From contig OZ037765.1 in the NCBI GenBank assembly GCA_964035545.1, forward strand, positions 23,373,504 to 23,437,503: a stretch of 64,000 nucleotides of DNA, read 5' to 3'. The position numbers and the translations under genes are program-made. The notes below the pieces were generated by a model. That model was given only the letters and a program-made list of their open reading frames with translations. It ran no database searches and had not been told where the DNA came from. Shown one piece after another: positions 55,501 through 64,000 of the stretch. The DNA is from Bugula neritina. Its lineage: Eukaryota; Animalia; Bryozoa. Numbering within the stretch: the stretch's first letter is position 1; each line of letters starts with the position of its first letter.

Positions 55501-58500
55501 TTTCATTAAATACAATAAGTTTTACCATGTAAACATATATTCTATACTTTGAGAGAGTATAATGCTCAAAAAGGCACCCTTGAGGTACTCTTTATCCCAA
55601 CACAATGAGACTATTGCTGCTGTACACCATACATATTATTGTAAGAGCACACGTATGTTTATGCTAATTGCTTTCTAGCAACACAAAAAGTGTTGGGTAA
55701 AAGGAGACCATTAAAAATAAATTTTGTTTGAAACATTTTTTTCAAAACATTAAACAACTGAAGTTCAGCTTGATGATATTTTCAAGTCAATTTTTTGCCA
55801 CATTTAAAAGTAGAACGCAATTTCCTTGTACAATGAAGGCCCCAACCCCCCTCTCGGCTAATAATATGAGCTCAGCAATCCCGCATTTCTCAATAGTCAG
55901 TGACTGGAGATATAAGTATAAATTTGCTGGTACAGTCATGAAAAACACTTCCATCAACATTTTTTCTTTGTTCACCAATTACCAATTTGTCCATCAAATA
56001 GGAAACTAAGTAAACTTCAAAATTCTGTACAAGAAAAAGCAGCTCTACAAAAAATTTACTTATTAAATGAAGCTTTATATGTTGTCCATTAATTTCAGTT
56101 GTCAGCTAAAATAACAAATGGCCTGTCATTTATACCTTCCTCAACAGCTGGCTTCTCTTTTACAACAAGTATGACACTAAGTCTCACAGTTGCTTCACAT
56201 TTATCCGTTGGATACAATGCCAACTCTTTACGTCACATGAATTCATAATAAAGGGTGGGCAACTCCGAGTATACTGCTACATTTACACCTATTCCTAGAT
56301 CCTACCACGCTATTTATATATATATATGGTGGTGATCATAACAGATAGATGGTAATTGATACAAATGAAATAATAAGGCACATATTCATTTTAAGGCAAA
56401 GCTTCTACTACACATAGCAAAGTGATTATTCCAACTTGAGTTTCTCGCTACAGTCTGGTACAGTAGTAGCAATACTGTTAGGCTGGACAAAACAAAATTA
56501 ATATAAGAGCAAAGTCACCACCTCCACCATCAATATTGTTCAAGCTGCCTCTGCCTCGCTGTTGTCATGGCAAGCTGCTGACTCTAATTACAAGTGTAGT
56601 TTATAGAAGTAAATTAGTTGGTAACTGGTTATGGATGGCCGGTTCCTTTACATACAACGCATACCCCCTGCCCCCTCACCCTTATTACAACTAGCCTATA
56701 ATACTCAGCTACCACATCCTTCTGAGGAGTAAAGAGGTGCCGCATGGTGAAGTTGAAACTGATTTGAAAACAAGCATTGCACATACACGATTTACTGTGA
56801 CCTACGGAATACATTGTAAATGTTCAGTACTTGTGGGTAACGTATGCTCACACAGCAAGTAATGGCTGGCTTCCCATATCTCATTTGGCAGGGCCATTCG
56901 ACCTACTCATGGATTTAAATTCAACTATTTAAATTTAAATAAATGAGTGAAGTGCGATGACATCTTAACTTGATTATTGTTTCCTCGCATTGAATTTCTT
57001 TGCTACACACGTCTTACATATATTCACTTGTCCCTTTTGCCCCCCCCCCTGGTGAACGCAGACCCTTGATTTCTGCAGTTTGTCAGCTCACTGATGTCTG
57101 ATTGCATACAGAATAATTACAGCACATTGCATACTGTCTAAATATTCTTGGGTGCATTTTTTCTGTCAAGAGCCACTATCAGGGAGTGTATATAACTGCA
57201 TTTTGTAGCTCCCGGTTTACATATCAGAATAATATTAGCATAATTAGCCGTGATGGTTGATCATGCTGCTGTAGACTTCACGTAACATGTTATACAGTTC
57301 CTATGCCACCATTCAAACACCCATTGATATGATGACAGGATTTCCATCTAACCAGTTACCATACTACTACACATTGTAAGTAGAGTCTTAGAGCTTACAC
57401 AAAAATAAGCAGTTTAACGCGCTACGGATCTCTCGCACCTACTCTGTGTTATTGAAACTGAAACTTTGTGCCATCAGTATGTGACGTACAGGAGTTAACT
57501 CCCCTTGTCTACAGCAGACTTGCGACACAAGATTCAGTCAACTACCCAATGCAGGAGAGAAATTATTGCTTCACATGGACGTCCCAAACCGAGTCACCAG
57601 AGTTGACTGATCATGCAGGCAGTATTAAGTAAAGCTTGAGCAATAGTGATGGCTGCCTATTAGCAACATGCATTTAGTTTAAGTAAGCGATCTTGCTTGA
57701 GCAAAGAGCGTGGCTCGAAAGATACTACTATGCATGTTCCTTAGTCAGGTACACGGATGTGAGGCGGGTGACCTAGCTCTTACCTATTACAGCCAACCAG
57801 CCAACGCTTGTAGACCAAGTAGTGTGTGATATTACATGGCCGTACCTCCACTAAGATCATCGTTATGATTGCCAGCAGCCAGGTTCGCTACCATGGTCTG
57901 ATAGTCTGGATTGTCATCAAAGTGCAGCAAACCAGGCGGCCATCTTGGGATGGGGGTTGAGCGAGGTGTTGTCCTGGGGGTTGGCACAGGAGAGGCGAGC
58001 AGGCTGAATGTGGTAGGGGAAATAACTCCACTGAAAGGACTAATGGTAGGATAGTTGAACAGCTGCAAGTAAATACACAAATATATTCAGTTCTTGGCAG
58101 AAAATATTGCGTGAAATCTTTACATCTACTGAAGAGAGATACAGAGAAGAACATGTCTAGAGATGCTGCCAATAGTTGATGTATTCTACAGTAGAGACAT
58201 GGCAAGGCAGCACCATTCTTAGGTGGATGACCTTAGCTCTAACAACTCTACATTTTATCAACAAATTGGGAGTTGCCCCAACATGAGAGTTCATGTGTCC
58301 GCAGAGTTCATGCTTAGAGGCAAGTCAGTTCTAATTGTTGCCAAGTAGTAATAATTTTACAAAAACTTGAGGGAACATAATGGAGCGGTTGTCTACAGCA
58401 ATGTCAGTTTTACATACTTAATAGACTTGGTATTTTTTTTTATTGAAAAATGATTGAAAGGAGAATAAAATTTTATAAAGGTTGGGGAGCATTTATTTAA

Positions 58501-61500
58501 AAGCGGCACAAAATTTTCTGAATTGCTATGACATGGATGGCTTTGCGTGCCGGCAATGCCATCGAGATACAGAAGTGGCCACACTCGAGAGGTGGAAGCA
58601 AGGTCAACTATACTCAATAGCTAGTTATTTCACAACTACAAAGACTAGGCTTTGTGCCAACTTTTCAAAATATGGCATGGCTACCTACTTACAGATTTTC
58701 GCGGGCATTGAAAATGGATTTCCAAGCATTTCATAGCAGAGGGTGCTTCTGTCCTACTATTGCTGTGGCTGATAGTAGTACTCAACTTGACTATCTATAT
58801 TTAGGGGTTGTTTATTTCTGATTCACGTTATTAACTTCTAGTTCAAACCACAAAATGTGATATCATCTAATATAATTGTTTTGTTTACCTATAATATACT
58901 ACATGTATGGATCCTTACAACCACTGATGGCAGATAACTAAAACATTGTATCAAAAATAGTTCAGTAATCGCCCTGATATATCATTGTAACGTGGCACAT
59001 ATCTTTATGCTCTGATTTTGATTATTAGATCTGATGAGTTGACAGAAACAACTCCGAGACAAGTGGAAGTTTAATGCCATATTTTATTCTCAACTGATTG
59101 GGATAGCTAGTTGTTACCAAAGTTTAGTAAGTGAAAGATCCACAGTTGAAAAGCTCTCAGTTTAGCAATATTTGTACACTATATGTTTAGAACATTCTGA
59201 GGCAACTAATATGCAAATAAATGGTCATCATTACATAACCATGTTTATTGATTGAGAAATGACAACTTCCCTTGATCTCTCTTCTGTGCATTTCCTAGTT
59301 AGAGCTCAACTTAAAACAACATACCAACTATAAAGAAAACTGACAAACATTTTTACTGATTACCAGATTATTGTTTTAGTAGACTCTATTCTGTTTTAAC
59401 TATACATAGTGTTTATGAAGACAACATATTATATGCTATTTACAAAGACCTGACATATTCTTATATCTTGATCTTCAAATATCAAGTACTGATGTGGCAG
59501 AGGAGCAGTAGATAGAAAATGATGGGCTATAACTTTCGATAATGGAATTTAAAATCATTCTCTAAATTCAAACAATGATTTTATTTGATAATCAAACCTG
59601 AACAGTAAAATAAGCAAGTAGGTAGACATATCACCTACAGATAGGAGGCTTTTTCACAAATTAGTTTGAATTTTAAATATTCTTTTGGGGGCAAAATCAA
59701 CCAATAAATACGAAACACATGAGCTTTATACATACTTGTGAAGGCTGGGGGTGAATATGAGCGAATCCGTGGTCCCCTCGAAGGTTGAATGGACTTGTTA
59801 CTATACTTCTGGTGGCCGAAATGCTGTCAGACATCGAAGCTGATGAAGAGGCTTTAAAACAATGACTACACATAAGCAACATAGACAGGAGAATCTATTC
59901 TGCATATACCTTAGACTTTAGATTAACTAATAGCTGCTATGAGGTAGTTACTACTGACAATGACTCAAGTATCTCTCCCAGCAAGTTTACTGCCTACATA
60001 ACTTTTTGTTAGCAGTTTTCTTTTATTATATTGAACTTTTTAAAACCTATAACAAAAATTGCTCCTACTTTGCCTGTAAAAATGACAGGTTTAAATACAA
60101 CTTACAATGACGTGTTATGGACATTTGGTAATTTGCAACTTTTGGAAAGTTATTAAAACGCATATGTTGCAAACCACTATGTACTGTATCTTACTTGAAG
60201 CAGTGGTAGTAGTAGTAGTCGAGTTCTGGCCAATGAGTGCCACAGGGCGAACCGGTGGACCTGGAGGCGGTGGTGGCACAAACACAGGGTTGAACAATCC
60301 TAACTTTGAATTACACCTAGCAGTTGGCGTGCTGGCATTAGACTAAAACAACCATAAATAATTATGACTGCAGCAAAAGATATGGAAAGTTTGCCATGTA
60401 AAGTTAAGTCACTTGAAGTTGAAAAAAAGATGGCTGGGAAAAGATGAGGCAGGAAGGGTGTAATTAATGAAACATTATAGTTTGGAGGTCATATAACAAG
60501 GTGTTAATCTGCAAGGTAAATGCATTAACAAAGTACAACATTTTGCTATAATTCTATGTTAATTAACGCTGTATCTGCAGCTATGTAGAGGGATTTTAAG
60601 TAGGTCTAGCTTCATTAAAACCCAGGTGTTCAATCATTTTAATATTTGCTGATCACAAGCTGTTCAATGGAGTTGAACTGAGAGGCACTTTACTGATATT
60701 ACAAGTGAGGAACATCAATCAATACGTTTGACAGCACTGCAATATCTCTCTCTCACGGTTGAAATTTGGTGATTGATCACCAGAATTCAAAATTGCTTTG
60801 TCAATATCTAATGATTTATGTTGCAGTTGATATAATACAATAATTCTTTGTAGCGATATGCTGGGATGGTGACACACTTGATTGATCTATATATAGAAAG
60901 AGTAGAGAATTTCAAGTTGGTAGGTTGTTAAAAGGCAGGGGTAAGGAATGAGTAAGTTAGAAACCAGCATAATAATTATCATGCGTGATTAAAGTGACAG
61001 TAGGTAAGAAATTGCCATGATAACATTTTAGCTAGAACATGACAAATGATGTGAAAAGGTTATGGTATATATGTACATAATATCATGGCGGTCAAACTAC
61101 ATACCAAGCAAGCATAGTGTAGAAGTAGTAGGGCAGGTAACAGTAGTCTATTAATCGTATTGTGCACATTCCTCAGAGAATACAAAGGAAATGACTAAAT
61201 ACAACTAATATTTTCTGTCCTAAACTTATATAACCCTTAAAAGTGGAATCATTTAATGAACCACATTCAAATCAGTGGAGCATTGCAATATTGAGGAAAT
61301 TTTCACAACAATATATCAAGTATTTTATAGTTGCTTTTATGTTGTCAATATAATTTGAAATATTCAATATTGAGCAAGTCAATGGTCATTATTGAAGTAC
61401 GACTGCATTAAAATTAATCATATAAATGGAACAATAAAAATAAATGGTGTATAGGCCACTGCAGTATACCTTCATTAGTATGACACATAGTTAGCAGTGC

Positions 61501-63122
61501 TAAACACTTTTGTAAAATCAAATTTAGAGTATTGCAATCGCGTATAATTAATCCTAGGAAGAATTGCCTAAAAGTATTAAAATAGAATAGTCAATGAATC
61601 TGAATAAAGTGGTACAAAAACTTTCGCCAGTTTGCCAATAATTAAGTTAACAAGTTTAATGAGTTCGCCGTGATATATATATATATTTTTTACTTGGAAT
61701 AAGTTTTTAATGTTCGGCTTGGAATGGTTTGCTCAAAATCAAGGGTAAGCCACCTCTTGCATTATAACTACCCACCAGAACTAAGGCTATATAATACTAG
61801 GAAATATTATGGACCCAGCTTGTTAGAATTTACCTGGTTGGGGTCCTGCTGCGCCTGGCACGCTATATTAGCTAGATCTGTGAGAGCGGACGACTCACCG
61901 GTGTGCTGAGACTGCTGCTGCGACGATGGGATTGTCATGGCTGCAGAAACACATATGGATATTAGAGAGAAAATGAATAAAACATTTGGAAAGAATTGCT
62001 TGGTTGCAGCACCTATCTCAGTAAGCTTTAGATCAGCTCACACCAACCGGAAAGTGAAATCTTAGTTCTGTTATCTACAGAAATGTAAATTTCCAAGTTT
62101 GCAGCAAAAATTAGAGCAATAAAAATTCGAATGTTATTAAGTTAATGAGACAAAATAAAACCAGCATAGTTATTGACCATAAAACATCTGGGATGAGATA
62201 TTTTCCAGTTCAGTATAGCTAGTAGTGATTTGAGTTACTATACAAAAGCAATGTAGTTTTTGAAAATTATGATGGTCATTATTAATTGCATCACGCTGGT
62301 CTTGTACATGACTCATCCTCTTTTAATCTTAAACTTGCAAGCTCTAAAATATAAAAAGCTGGTAGAGTGTAGGAGAATGAAGACGCCATAAAAACCCTCC
62401 AACACTTGAAAAGGTTTTTAGAAGTTATTCTGTAAATGAGTGTATAGTTGACATATAAATTCCTGTCTCTAGCATTAAAATTTCACAAAATTTTGTATGT
62501 CAACTTTTTAATGAATAAGAAAAACTATCAAGGTGTTTATTTAAATAACAGTTGCACTAGAGTGGAAGTTATCTGGGCTATTCTTAACATTTCTATTCTT
62601 CAGATGGTGCTCCATTTAAAACTATTGGCTGTCTTTAGCTGCTAAAACTTCAAACGTTTTTTTAAAATGCTGCAAATGGGAAGTAATATATATGCAGGCA
62701 GATGCTTGAAACAATGAGACACTTCAATATAAATGTATTGGTCCTGGCATATTTTTGGCTCCACTCACAGCACTTGAATATTTAGATTAAAATCATGTTC
62801 CAACACTTGTAATTATGTCCTGCAGTCACTTTTATTAGAACTGGCTAAATGAACTAAGAACACCTGAAAAATTTGTAATTACTCAAACTAAAAATACACA
62901 ATATTGCAATATAGTGTAACAAAAGCTTTGAATATTTAAATACTGAACAAGTCTAAATTTTAAGAATCGTACATGTAGCTTCACCATCCATAGATCCTGA
63001 GGAGCTACGCTGCTGTGAACAGGCCACAGAGACAAACACTCCTCGGTCAGTCTTAATCTTATCCGGGTGGATGAGAGGATGAGCACCAGGAGAGGTGAGT
63101 TGCACCGGGCTATGAACCATGC
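52555..63122 (-). CDS. NFI: Nuclear factor I (CTF/NFI) family, 3' part. Exons 63122-62985, 61940-61834, 60342-60195, 59851-59736, 58062-57846, 52661-52555. The DNA-binding domain lies outside the window
   Basis: PPPPPGPPVRPVAL resembles the NFI PPPPPPMARPVP motif. ISPTTFSLLASPVPTPRTTPRSTPIPRW resembles the invertebrate NFI C-terminus as recalled. Exon phases chain consistently (1-1, 1-0, 0-1, 1-0, 0-1, 1-stop). Confidence 0.75.
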
Positions 63123-63138
63123 CTAAAAATTATATTCT

Positions 63139-63390
63139 TCACTATATTATATGTAAATATTGCTATTTACTATATAGTAGGACAATAACACTATGCACTA
63201 TATTATATGTGAATATTGCTATTTAATACATTATATGACAATAATACTATTTACTATAATATTATATGTGAATATTAATACTCACTACATAATATGTGAA
63301 TAATGTGAATATTACTATTTACTATATACTATGTGAAAATGTGAATAGCACTATGTACTATATTACATTGATACATTATATGCATACTGT
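63139..63390. repeat. Degenerate AT-rich minisatellite, unit about 28 nt (ACTATATTATATGTGAATATTGCTATTT)
   Basis: Recurrent CACTATATTATATGTRAATATTGCTATTTA copies start just inside the intron next to the NFI acceptor at 63123. Confidence 0.75.
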
Positions 63391-64000
63391 ATGAAATAAG
63401 CAGCTCAATATATCAACTAGTAAAGCTGGTAATAAGAAATATAAAATTCCAGTAAAAGGGCGTTACAGAAAAATCACAGTCTGGATAAATATTTTATTTT
63501 TATATTTAGTCAAATAATATTTATAACTACCTAGATGCAACCAAAAATAATAAAATATAACACAATATGAAAACTTCAACCAGGAAATATCTCTTTACAT
63601 AATAAGAAGCTACGCCTCAGCAGATTTGTACTAGTCTGGGATTTATGCTTATTTCTTACTCAAACAGATATTTTAAACACATAAAAGCAATGAGGCGGAA
63701 TCAATACTGCACTTTATTTGTACCAAATTTAAATTATCGGGATAAGCAAAACTATTTATTTATCCTAGAGATTATTTTTATAGGCCTACATCCTTTTAAA
63801 ACAATTCCCACATCCTATACCTTGAAGCAAAATGCAATCCTTTGCAAATAAAATTGATAAAGGAGAGAGTTATCCTAAAGTTGACCCTTACCTAAATGAT
63901 ATAAATAACCAAAGTTGAGTGCCAAATGAATTTCAGGATACACGTGCTACCTCACCTCTGCCCAGAAATGACACAGAAAGAGATATAATATGCTAATACT

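Noticed and set aside
59031-59080. CTGATGAG...GAAAC resembling a hammerhead ribozyme core
   Set aside because: Stem II has an extra base, and stems I and III do not pair convincingly around a UH cleavage site.
63950-64000. Possible further NFI exon ending at a GTGAG donor near 63955
   Set aside because: Frame and acceptor cannot be established at the window edge.

Overview
This is an AT-rich, intron-rich animal genomic window. The gene complement suggests an invertebrate, possibly a lophotrochozoan, but the taxon cannot be fixed from the sequence. Spliced models were rebuilt by eye from GT-AG sites and recalled protein motifs. In order: a tRNA-derived SINE-like relic; a fibrinogen-domain (FReD) pseudogene (+); TXNL1 (-); a 617-aa protein with two tandem, divergent HSF-type DNA-binding domains (-); BRI3 (+); MLST8 (-); PSMD4/Rpn10 (+); EEA1 (-); DLD (+); an atypical tetraspanin (-); a TMEM243-like gene (+); and the 3' part of a Nuclear factor I gene (-). 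Most genes form tight head-to-head or tail-to-tail pairs. Main observations: (1) the double-DBD HSF-like factor has a rewritten recognition helix and no visible trimerisation coil; (2) a 6-nt-periodic, non-homologous low-complexity tract lies just downstream of the 5' end of seven housekeeping genes; (3) acceptor-like AG sites sit just upstream of most start codons (SL trans-splicing or 5'UTR introns); (4) DLD has a candidate in-frame cassette exon encoding an amphipathic helix; (5) the tetraspanin has a Tyr-rich, polybasic cytoplasmic tail. No database searches were run.
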